Of a DNA stretch of 64,000 nucleotides, positions 42,479 through 53,600 are shown piece by piece (position 1 is the stretch's first letter; each line of letters starts with the position of its first letter). Under the pieces are notes generated by a model. It saw only the letters and a list, made by a program, of their open reading frames with translations, was not told the DNA's origin and did not search any database. Origin of the DNA: Eledone cirrhosa (Eukaryota). The stretch is taken from NCBI GenBank assembly GCA_964016885.1, contig OZ024761.1:12834001-12898000 (forward strand). The letters are read 5' to 3'. The position numbers and the translations under genes were made by a program.

Positions 42479-43522
42479 TATATATATTTAGATTTGTTGG
42501 TTCACCACTGGATAGAACTGGTCATTCCGTTTGGTCAACCTTGATGTAATATTAGGGAGAGCACTCGACGTAATGCAACTCACCTGTCTTCGTTTGTGTT
42601 GTTGGTGGTGCGAGTACGGAGTTAATTATTATAAAATAACAGGAGGCTGGACTGGTGTAATTCCTTGAAAGGTTTATTATGCTATGAATATTTCAATGAA
42701 TCTGGTCACATCATCAGGTATTCCGAAATTTATCCAACAAAGAAATATAATCCATGGGGCTGAAAAGCAGAGAGAAATGCCCAAGACGAGAAGGCGGCCA
42801 AAAATTAGCAGTTGCTAGTCCGCGTGGCCGCTTCAAGTCAAATATATATCATCATCATGATCATCGTTTAACGTCCATCTTCCATGCTAGCATATGATGA
42901 TGATCATCATCATCATCACCGTTTTACGTCCGTTCTTCCATGCTAGCATGGGTTAGATGGGTTGTCCTGTTGTGGGCAGTGTCTGGTCGGCTGACCATGC
43001 TTTGCTCATACAGGAACTGATTCTGGCTTGATTTCTACAGCTGGATGCCTTTCCTAACACCAACCTGATTTACAGTGAGTGCTGGGTGCCTTTTTCCGTG
43101 GCGCCTACATGTCCACTTTACAGAGTGGACTGGGTGCTTTTTTGCCGTGGCACCTCCACGACCACCTTGCAGTGGGAGGGTGTGGGGGCATATTGTCTAT
43201 ATGCTTCAGCTTGTACCCATGGGAGGTCGGGTACTCTGTATTACTGCGTGATGCCAGAGGTCACGGTCGTGTGTCATCGCCTTTGAGAGGTGTAATTGGG
43301 TGATATATATATATATGTGTGTGTGTGTGTCCCATCCCATATATATATATATATATAAATATCATGTTTACTCCCACTTTTCCATATTGGCATGGGTCAG
43401 GCAGGATGTTGTGAATTAGGTTTTACAGCTGGATGCCCTGATCCCGTTTCAGATGTTAATCCTTTTAGTCACCTCATGCGATAGACAGGGATGCGGTGTA
43501 CCTATTCTAAAACCCCTGGGAT

Positions 43523-43558
<36 letters not shown>

Positions 43559-44337
43559 TATATCACTTTCTCTATAATACATACTCTCTCCCACCTTCTC
43601 TCACACACCCTCCCACTCACACACCCTCCCACTTTTCCTCACACCCTCCCACTTTTCCTCACACACACTCCCACTTTTCCTCTCACACCCTCCCACTTTT
43701 CCTCTCACACCCTCTCTCTTCCCCCCTCTCTCACACACACACACACACCCTCTCTTGCACACACACCTCACACACTCTATCTCCCCCTCCTCTCTCTACC
43801 CCCTCTCTCTCCTCTACTTCTCCCTCAGATGTCTCTTTCCTACAGATGGTTTATCTGGTTACTCCAGTCTGGCTTTCCTCCTCCCCCTCTCTCTCTGTCC
43901 TTCCTTTTCCTCCTCACCTTTCCTTTACCTTCTCTCCCGCTCTCCTCCCCCCCCCTTCCTCACATTCCACTCACTCCTCATTCTTCCTCTCCTCTCTTGT
44001 CCATAAAAACCAATTTCAGGAGCTGAAAACACACACACGCGCCTCATTTTTAAAGCCATGTCAGTAGAATGAGCCCCTCATTCTACTGACATGGTTTTAA
44101 AAATGAGGCTTGTTTGCATAATTGCAAACGAACCAAATATTATTATTAATATTCGAAAAACTCATATTATATATATATATATATATCATCATCATCATAC
44201 GTCCACTTTTTCCTGCTTGCATACATAAATAAATATATATGTAGTATATAGTATATATATATATATAGTCATAATAAATGTGAAGACTAAAATCCGAAGA
44301 GGGCTCAATAAGGATTGTATATATATATATATATATA

Positions 44338-44737
44338 GTAAAAAGTATGACCCCCGACGGCAGAGCTCAAGCCGTTGGCTAATTCTGGACTAAATAAGAA
44401 TTTTTAGCCTGGTAAATAAATAGCTGAACTTCTCAGGGGGTATTTCCTTATATGGGAAGATAGTAATTGTCAAAAGGATTGGTCAAAAATTTGTTGTAAA
44501 GACAGATGATTCTATCATGGCATTTGGTGGGAGGTAGGGGTGGCTGAACTTGCTGGTAGAACAAAGAGGGAGTGGGGGAAACCCAGTGAAATCTATACAG
44601 CAGATTCTAAGGATAGTGTATAGAAGGTGGAAAAAAGGTGTACTGGAGAAGGAAGAGGGCGGAGTAGAAAGAATAGGTAAATCAAAAGGGAGTAGAAAAA
44701 AGTTATGGTCCATCTGGTTCCTTACCACATTTCCTCC

Positions 44738-44740
<3 letters not shown>
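44338..44740. mobile_element. Penelope-like family A remnant with degenerate hammerhead on the - strand
   Basis: Minus strand CCCC-CTGAGAA...TAGCC..ACGGC-ttgagctct-GCCGTC-GGGGG; family A 3' end on + at about 44700-44740. Confidence 0.55.
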
Positions 44741-44778
<38 letters not shown>

Positions 44779-44952
44779 CGTTTCTGAATTTGTTTAGCAA
44801 GATTCTTTATCTGAAATCGTGTATTGGCAACATGACCCTCCCAAAGTATAACAATATATATATATATATACCGATCGGTAAAGGTAACTATAGTAGGTAA
44901 AGTCAATTTTTTAAAATTTATTTTGAAACTTTTTCATTATTTGCTAAACCTT

Positions 44953-45008
<56 letters not shown>

Positions 45009-45319
45009 GGGGAGAAGAATACTGCATGGTTGCACATGGATAACATGTTATAAAATGAGTCCCTCATCAGTGATTTGCCAACAGTCATAGATATTTCATT
45101 GCATTAAAAATCATATACCTCACGTTGGTGTAATAATAACCAAAATAAGTTATTAGGACAATTAAAACGCGTAAAGCGAGTGAGACAAGTAAACAACACA
45201 GGGGAAAGCTAACCGAAGATATATATATATATATATATAATCAGAAGATCCTGTTAAGGTTGAAAGCAGCGATTCTTTGCTTAAACTTTAATCTGTTCTT
45301 ATAATAAATACATGTATAC

Positions 45320-45358
<39 letters not shown>

Positions 45359-45401
45359 TAAAACAATGAAATAAAAAATCAAGTCATTAGAGATATACTT
45401 C

Positions 45402-45537
45402 ACTGCTTTACGATCGTTTCTAGATGGTGATAATACATTGTATCTATACTCAGTTATTGATCTATGTAAGTTTACAAACTATCAGATAGAGAGAATATTT
45501 ACTTACATGCTTATCACCAGCTGTTTTCAAAAGCAAT
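45402..45537 (-). ncRNA. Second, core-mutated copy of the long-stem-II hammerhead
   Basis: tgctt-TTGAAAA-cagc-tggtgataa...ttatcacca-tcta-GAAACGATCGTA-aagca; homologous to 8461-8599. Confidence 0.45.
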
Positions 45538-45569
45538 CTTTTTTTTTATGTGGATTACACAGTGGATAC

Positions 45570-45613
<44 letters not shown>

Positions 45614-45684
45614 GTACTCGTAATAATATCTATATATGTGCAGGAGTAAATGTTATAATATATATTGACATGTATTGATAAGAT

Positions 45685-45975
45685 GTATTAACATGTAGAC
45701 ATATTAACATGTCGACATATTAACATGTAGACATATTAACATGTCGACATGTTAACATGTAGACATATTAACATGTCGACATATTAACATGTCGACATAT
45801 TAACATGTAGACATATTAACATGTAGACATATTAACATATCGACATATTAACATGTCGACATGTTAACATGTCGACATATTAACATGTAGACATATTAAC
45901 ATGTCGACATATTAACATGTAGACACATTAACATGTAGACATATCAACATGTAGACATATCAACATGTAGACATA
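45685..45975. repeat. 16-bp near-palindromic minisatellite, about 18 copies
   Basis: Unit GACATRTTAACATGTM; the variant GACATGTTAACATGTC is a perfect palindrome. Confidence 0.93.
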
Positions 45976-46149
45976 ACAACTACCCAAGGATACAATACAC
46001 TTATATATGTTATCAGGAATTTAAGACTGCCCTCTTATTGTAACTGGATTTGAACTTGTGACTAAGTGGTCGCTCGTTCGCTTTAGCTATTGTTAATTAT
46101 AATTAATTGTGATATTAATTAATTAATCTTTTTTCTTCTTTGATTCCAG

Positions 46150-46207
46150 AGCTTCCCTTGAAGATGCTGAAAATGATATTGAACTATTGGAAGTTAGATT
46201 GGAGAAA
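46150..46207 (+). CDS. ACAP2: ACAP/centaurin-beta Arf-GAP, BAR-domain coding exon (equivalent to exon 2)
   Basis: ttccag| 58-nt exon |gtaagt; translates (R)ASLEDAENDIELLEVRLEK, matching recalled human ACAP2 RAALEEVEGDVAELELKLDK. Ends in phase 0. Paralog assignment is nominal (invertebrate ACAP). Confidence 0.92.
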
Positions 46208-46234
46208 GTAAGTATTGATTATTGATTTATATAT

Positions 46235-46568
46235 CATCATCATCATTTTACGTCTGCTTTTCTCTGCTTGCAAGGGTGGGACGGGTCCTATTCAGCACAG
46301 CATCTCTCCACTTGTCACGGTCCTTCGTCATCTCCTCCGTGAGCTTCAGCGATCTGAGGTCTGCTCTCACCACCTCCGCCCATGTTTTTTGTGGTCTTCC
46401 TCTACTGCGTCTTCCTTCTACTGGCCTTTCTTGGCACTCCTTCACCCTGTGGTCATCCTCCTTGCGCATCACATGTCCATACCATCTCAGTCTTCTCTCC
46501 TGCACACCACAACTTATCCCTCTTATACCCAGTTTCTCTTTCAACTCATCTAAACTTGGTCGTTCACG

Positions 46569-46571
<3 letters not shown>
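46235..46571 (-). mobile_element. RTE LINE 3' fragment, intronic and antisense to ACAP
   Basis: VQERRLRWYGHVMRK...VEGRRSRGRPQKTW...DRDKWR; (GAT)n tail about 30 bp downstream of the exon donor. Confidence 0.88.
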
Positions 46572-46628
<57 letters not shown>

Positions 46629-47435
46629 GTGAAGGCGTGTGGCTGTATTGTTAGAGGATTGGATTCACAATCGTGAGGTTGAGATTTCGATTTCTAGACC
46701 GGGCGATGAGTTATGGCCTAGAACAAGACACTTTATTTCATGTTACCACTTCTACCTGGATTTGCGACCGATGGATGGTATTAGCACTTGGAAAGACCAA
46801 TGGAAACATTGTTTCATTGGTCTGATTTGATGAGCTTCACCCTGCTCGTTAAACAAATGAGATCTGGGATCTTGTTGATCAACTGTCGATATAGGAGGTA
46901 TATTAGTGAAGTTGGTAGAATGTATTAAATTCCTTGCTATATATGAAGGTGCATGGCCTAGTGGTAAGGGTGTTGGACTTAGGATCATAATGTCGTGGGT
47001 TCAATTCCAGGCAGGGTGACGTGTTGTGTTCTTTGGATAAACACTTCATTTCACGTAGCTCCAGTATACTCAGCTGAAAATACTAGAAACATCGAATGTC
47101 AGTATGGGGCCCCTACTCCTCCTCAGGAGTTACAGGTCACACCCTACCATACTACACCACACCCTACCATACCATACAACACCACACCACACCATACCAC
47201 ATCACACTACACCATACCACACCACCACACCACACCACACCACACCATACCACACCACCACACCACACCATACCATACCACACCATACGACACCCTACCA
47301 TACCATACACATTTCAAATGTTTAAATGCTCCTTAATGTAAATTGCTAATTAATACTCTTTTACCTGTTCCAGCCATCCAGCTGAGGCCATGCTGGGGCA
47401 CCGATATTTTAATTATATTTTTCTTTATTCTACAG

Positions 47436-47494
47436 TTGGTGAAACTTTGTTCCAATATGATTGAGACAGGGAAAGCCTTTCATACAGCCAGCAA
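47436..47494 (+). CDS. ACAP2: ACAP/centaurin-beta BAR-domain coding exon
   Basis: ttattctacag| 59 nt |gtaagt; LVKLCSNMIETGKAFHTAS(N) vs recalled human ACAP2 LVKLCIAMIDTGKAFCVANK; phase-compatible with both neighbouring exons. Confidence 0.93.
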
Positions 47495-47694
47495 GTAAGT
47501 CTTGTTCTTCTTCTATCAATATTCTCTTTCACCTCCTCAATACTTACTTACCTGTACTTGTGGCTGAGTTCACCTGGGTTGGGTGGAGCTAGTTTCATCG
47601 ATGGAATTCATGCTGTAAGTTTGTTTCAATGGAGTTTCTTTGGCCGATTGGTTTCACAAGCGGTGCCCACCCACAAGCATTTGCACTTTAGGAC

Positions 47695-50600
47695 AGTCCA
47701 AGCCAAGCATTGCATTGGTTATAGGGCTGAGCTCTCAAGTCCAAGCCAAGCATTACATTGGTTATAGTGCTGAGCTCTCAAGTCCAAGCCAAGCATTACA
47801 TTGGTTATAGGGCTGAGCTCTCGAGTGCAAGCCAAGCATTGCATTGGTTATAGGGCTGAGCTCTCAAGTCCAAGCCAAGCATTACATTGGTTATAGGGCT
47901 GAGCTCTCGAGTGCAAGCCAAGCATTGCATTGGTTATAGTGCTGAGCTCTCAAGTCCAAGCCAAGCATTACATTGGTTATAGGGCTGAGCTCTCAAGTCC
48001 AAGCCAAGCATTACATTGGTTACAGTGCTGAGCTCTCAAGTCCAAGCCAAGCATTACATTGGTTATAGGGCTGAGCTCTCGAGTGCAAGCCAAGCATTGC
48101 ATTGGTTATAGGGCTGAGCTCTCGAGTGCAAGCCAAACATTACATTGGTTATAGGGCTGAGCTCTTCAGTGCAAGCCAAACATTACATTGGTTATAGGGC
48201 TGAGCTCTTCAGTGCAAGCCAAACATTACATTGGTTACAGTGCTGAGCTCTTCAGTGCAAGCCAAGCATTGCATTGGGTATAGGGCTGAGCTCTTCAGTG
48301 CAAGCCAAGCATTACATTGGTTATAGTGCTGAGCTCTCGAGTGCAAGCCAAGCATTGCATTGGTTATAGGGCTGAGCTCTCAAGTCCAAGCCAAGCATTA
48401 CATTGGTTATAGGGCTGAGCTCTCAAGTCCAAGCCAAGCATTACATTGGTTATAGGGCTGAGCTCTTCAGTGCAAGCCAAGCATTACATTGGTTATAGTG
48501 CTGAGCTCTCGAGTGCAAGCCAAGCATTGCATTGGTTATAGGGCTGAGCTCTCAAGTCCAAGCCAAGCATTGCATTGGTTATAGGGCTGAGCTCTCAAGT
48601 CCAAGCCAAGCATTACATTGGTTATAGGGCTGAGCTCTCAAGTCCAAGCCAAGCATTACATTGGTTATAGGGCTGAGCTCTTCAGTGCAAGCCAAGCATT
48701 ACATTGGTTACAGTGCTGAGCTCTTCAGTGCAAGCCAAACATTACATTGGTTATAGTGCTGAGCTCTCAAGTCCAAGCCAAGCATTACATTGGTTATAGG
48801 GCTGAGCTCTCGAGTGCAAGCCAAGCATTACATTGGTTATAGTGCTGAGCTCTCGAGTGCAAGCCAAGCATTACATTGGTTATAGTGCTGAGCTCTCGAG
48901 TGCAAGCCAAGCATTACATTGGTTATAGGGCTGAGCTCTTGAGTGCAAGCCAAGCATTACATTGGTTATAGGGCTGAGCTCTTGAGTGCAAGCCAAGCAT
49001 TACATTGGTTATAGGGCTGAGCTCTTGAGTGCAAGCCAAGCATTACATTGGTTACAGGGCTGAGCTCTCGAGTGCAAGCCAAGCATTACATTGGTTATAG
49101 GGCTGAGCTCTCGAGTGCAAGCCAAGCATTACATTGGTTATAGGGCTGAGCTCTTCAGTGCAAGCCAAGCATTACATTGGTTATAGGGCTGAGCTCTTGA
49201 GTGCAAGCCAAGCATTACATTGGTTACAGGGCTGAGCTCTCGAGTGCAAGCCAAGCATTACATTGGTTATAGTGCTGAGCTCTCGAGTGCAAGCCAAGCA
49301 TTACATTGGTTATAGTGCTGAGCTCTTCAGTGCAAGCCAAGCATTACATTGGTTATAGGGCTGAGCTCTCGAGTGCAAGCCAAGCATTACATTGGTTATA
49401 GGGCTGAGCTCTCGAGTGCAAGCCAAGCATTACATTGGTTACAGTGCTGAGCTCTTCAGTGCAAGCCAAGCATTACATTGGTTACAGTGCTGAGCTCTTC
49501 AGTGCAAGCCAAGCATTACATTGGTTATAGTGCTGAGCTCTTCAGTGCAAGCCAAGCATTACATTGGTTACAGTGCTGAGCTCTTCAGTGCAAGCCAAGC
49601 ATTACATTGGTTACAGTGCTGAGCTCTTCAGTGCAAGCCAAGCATTACATTGGTTACAGTGCTGAGCTCTTCAGTGCAAACCAAGCATTACATTGGTTAT
49701 AGGGCTGAGCTCTTCAGTGCAAGCCAAGCATTACATTGGTTATAGTGCTGAGCTCTTCAGTGCAAGCCAAGCATTACATTGGTTATAGGGCTGAGCTCTT
49801 CAGTGCAAGCCAAGCATTACATTGGTTATAGTGCTGAGCTCTTCAGTGCAAGCCAAGCATTACATTGGTTATAGGGCTGAGCTCTTCAGTGCAAGCCAAG
49901 CATTACATTGGTTACAGTGCTGAGCTCTTCAGTGGAAGCCAAGCATTACATTGGTTATAGGGCTGAGCTCTTCAGTGCAAGCCAAGCATTACATTGGTTA
50001 CAGTGCTGAGCTCTCAAGTCCAAGCCAAGCATTACATTGGTTATAGGGCTGAGCTCTCGAGTGCAAGCCAAGCATTGCATTGGTTATAGGGCTGAGCTCT
50101 CGAGTGCAAGCCAAACATTACATTGGTTATAGTGCTGAGCTCTTCAGTGCAAGCCAAACATTACATTGGTTATAGGGCTGAGCTCTTCAGTGCAAGCCAA
50201 ACATTACATTGGTTACAGTGCTGAGCTCTTCAGTGCAAACCAAGCATTACATTGGTTATAGGGCTGAGCTCTTCAGTGCAAGCCAAGCATTACATTGGTT
50301 ACAGTGCTGAGCTCTTCAGTGCAAGCCAAGCATTGCATTGGGTATAGGGCTGAGCTCTTCAGTGCAAGCCAAGCATTACATTGGTTATAGTGCTGAGCTC
50401 TCGAGTGCAAGCCAAGCATTGCATTGGTTATAGGGCTGAGCTCTCAAGTCCAAGCCAAGCATTACATTGGTTATAGGGCTGAGCTCACAAGTCCAAGCCA
50501 AGCATTACATTGATTATAGGGCTGAGCTCTTCAGTGCAAGCCAAGCATTACATTGGTTATAGTGCTGAGCTCTTCAGTGCAAGCCAAACATTACATTGGT

Positions 50601-53600
50601 TATAGTGCTGAGCTCTCAAGTCCAAGCCAAGCATTACATTGGTTATAGGGCTGAGCTCTCGAGTGCAAGCCAAGCATTACATTGGTTATAGTGCTGAGCT
50701 CTCGAGTGCAAGCCAAGCATTACATTGGTTATAGTGCTGAGCTCTCGAGTGCAAGCCAAGCATTACATTGGTTATAGGGCTGAGCTCTTGAGTGCAAGCC
50801 AAGCATTACATTGGTTATAGGGCTGAGCTCTTGAGTGCAAGCCAAGCATTACATTGGTTATAGGGCTGAGCTCTTGAGTGCAAGCCAAGCATTACATTGG
50901 TTACAGGGCTGAGCTCTCGAGTGCAAGCCAAGCATTACATTGGTTATAGGGCTGAGCTCTCGAGTGCAAGCCAAGCATTACATTGGTTATAGGGCTGAGC
51001 TCTTCAGTGCAAGCCAAGCATTACATTGGTTATAGGGCTGAGCTCTTGAGTGCAAGCCAAGCATTACATTGGTTACAGGGCTGAGCTCTCGAGTGCAAGC
51101 CAAGCATTACATTGGTTATAGTGCTGAGCTCTCGAGTGCAAGCCAAGCATTACATTGGTTATAGTGCTGAGCTCTTCAGTGCAAGCCAAGCATTACATTG
51201 GTTATAGGGCTGAGCTCTCGAGTGCAAGCCAAGCATTACATTGGTTACAGTGCTGAGCTCTTCAGTGCAAGCCAAGCATTACATTGGTTATAGTGCCGAG
51301 CTCTTCAGTGCAAGCCAAGCATTACATTGGTTACAGTGCTGAGCTCTTCAGTGCAAGCCAAGCATTACATTGGTTACAGTGCTGAGCTCTTCAGTGCAAG
51401 CCAAGCATTACATTGGTTACAGTGCTGAGCTCTTCAGTGCAAACCAAGCATTACATTGGTTATAGGGCTGAGCTCTTCAGTGCAAGCCAAGCATTACATT
51501 GGTTATAGTGCTGAGCTCTTCAGTGCAAGCCAAGCATTACATTGGTTATAGGGCTGAGCTCTTCAGTGCAAGCCAAGCATTACATTGGTTATAGTGCTGA
51601 GCTCTTCAGTGCAAGCCAAGCATTACATTGGTTATAGGGCTGAGCTCTTCAGTGCAAGCCAAGCATTACATTGGTTACAGTGCTGAGCTCTTCAGTGCAA
51701 GCCAAGCATTACATTGGTTATAGGGCTGAGCTCTTCAGTGCAAGCCAAGCATTACATTGGTTATAGTGCTGAGCTCTTCAGTGCAAGCCAAGCATTACAT
51801 TGGTTATAGGGCTGAGCTCTTCAGTGCAAGCCAAGCATTACATTGGTTATAGGGCTGAGCTCTTGAGTGCAAGCCAAGCATTACATTGGTTATAGTGCTG
51901 AGCTCTTCAGTGCAAGCCAAGCATTGCATTGGTTACAGTGCTGAGCTCTTCAGTGCAAGCTAAGCATTACATTGGTTACAGTGCTGAGCTCTTCAGTGCA
52001 AGCCAAGCATTACATTGGTTATAGGGCTGAGCTCTTCAGTGCAAGCCAAGCATTACATTGGTTATAGTGCTGAGCTCTTCAGTGCAAGCCAAGTATTACA
52101 TTGGTTATAGGGCTGAGCTCTTCAGTGCAAGCCAAGCATTACATTGGTTATAGGGCTGAGCTCTTGAGTGCAAGCCAAGCATTACATTGGTTATAGGGCT
52201 GAGCTCTTGAGTGCAAGCCAAGCATTACATTGGTTATAGTGCTGAGCTCTCGAGTGCAAGCTAAGCATTACATTGGTTATAGTGCTGAGCTCTTCAGTGC
52301 AAGCCAAGCATTACATTGGTTATAGGGCTGAGCTCTTCAGTGCAAGCCAAGCATTACATTGGTTATAGGGCTGAGCTCTTCAGTGCAAGCCAAGCATTAC
52401 ATTGGTTATAGTGCTGAGCTCTTCAGTGCAAGCCAAGCATTACATTGTTTATAGTGCTGAGCTCTTCAGTGCAAGCCAAGCATTACATTGGTTATAGTGC
52501 TGAGCTCTTCAGTGCAAGCCAAGCATTACATTGGTTATAGGGCTGAGCTCTTCAGTGCAAGCCAAGCATTACATTGGTTATAGTGCTGAGCTCTCGAGTG
52601 CAAGCTAAGCATTACATTGGTTATAGTGCTGAGCTCTTCAGTGCAAGCCAAGCATTACATTGGTTATAGTGCTGAGCTCTTCAGTGCAAGCCAAGCATTA
52701 CATTGGTTATAGTGCTGAGCTCTTCAGTGCAAGCCAAGCATTACATTGGTTATAGGGCTGAGCTCTTCAGTGCAAGCCAAGCATTACATTGGTTATAGTG
52801 CTGAGCTCTCGAGTGCAAGCCAAACATTACATTGGTTATAGGGCTGAGCTGTTCAGTGCAAGCCAAGCATTACATTGGTTATAGTGCTGAGCTCTTCAGT
52901 GCAAGCCAAGCATTACATTGGTTATAGTGCTGAGCTCTTCAGTGCAAGCTAAGCATTACATTGGTTATAGGGCTGAGCTCTTAAGTGCAAGCCAAGCATT
53001 ACATTGGTTACAGGGCTGAGCTCTCGAGTGCAAGCCATGCATTACATTGGTTATAGTGCTGAGCTCTCGAGTGCAAGCCAAGCATTGCATTGGTTATAGG
53101 GCTGAGGTCTCGAGTGCAAGCCAAGCATTGCATTGGTTACAGTGCTGAGGTCTCGAGTGCAAGCCAAGCATTACATTGGTTATAGGGCTGAGCTCTTGAG
53201 TGCAAGCCAAGCATTACATTGGTTATAGGGCTGAGCTCTCGAGTGCAAGCCAAGCATTACATTGGTTATAGGGCTGAGCTCTCGAGTGCAAGCCAAGCAT
53301 TACATTGGTTATAGTGCTGAGCTCTCGAGTGCAAGCCAAGCATTGCATTGGTTATAGTGCTGAGCTCTCGAGTGCAAGCCAAGCATTACATTGGTTATAG
53401 TGCTGAGCTCTCGAGTGCAAGCCAAGCATTGCATTGGTTATAGGGCTGAGGTCTCGAGTGCAAGCCAAGCATTGCATTGGTTACAGTGCTGAGGTCTCGA
53501 GTGAAAGCCAAACATTACATTGGTTATAGGGCTGAGCTCACGAGTGCAAGCCAAGCATTACATTGGTTATAGGGCTGAGCTCTTGAGTGCAAGCCAAGCA

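Noticed and set aside
47540-47556. U1 snRNA-like start (TACTTACCTG)
   Set aside because: Downstream sequence does not match U1 stem-loops or an Sm site.
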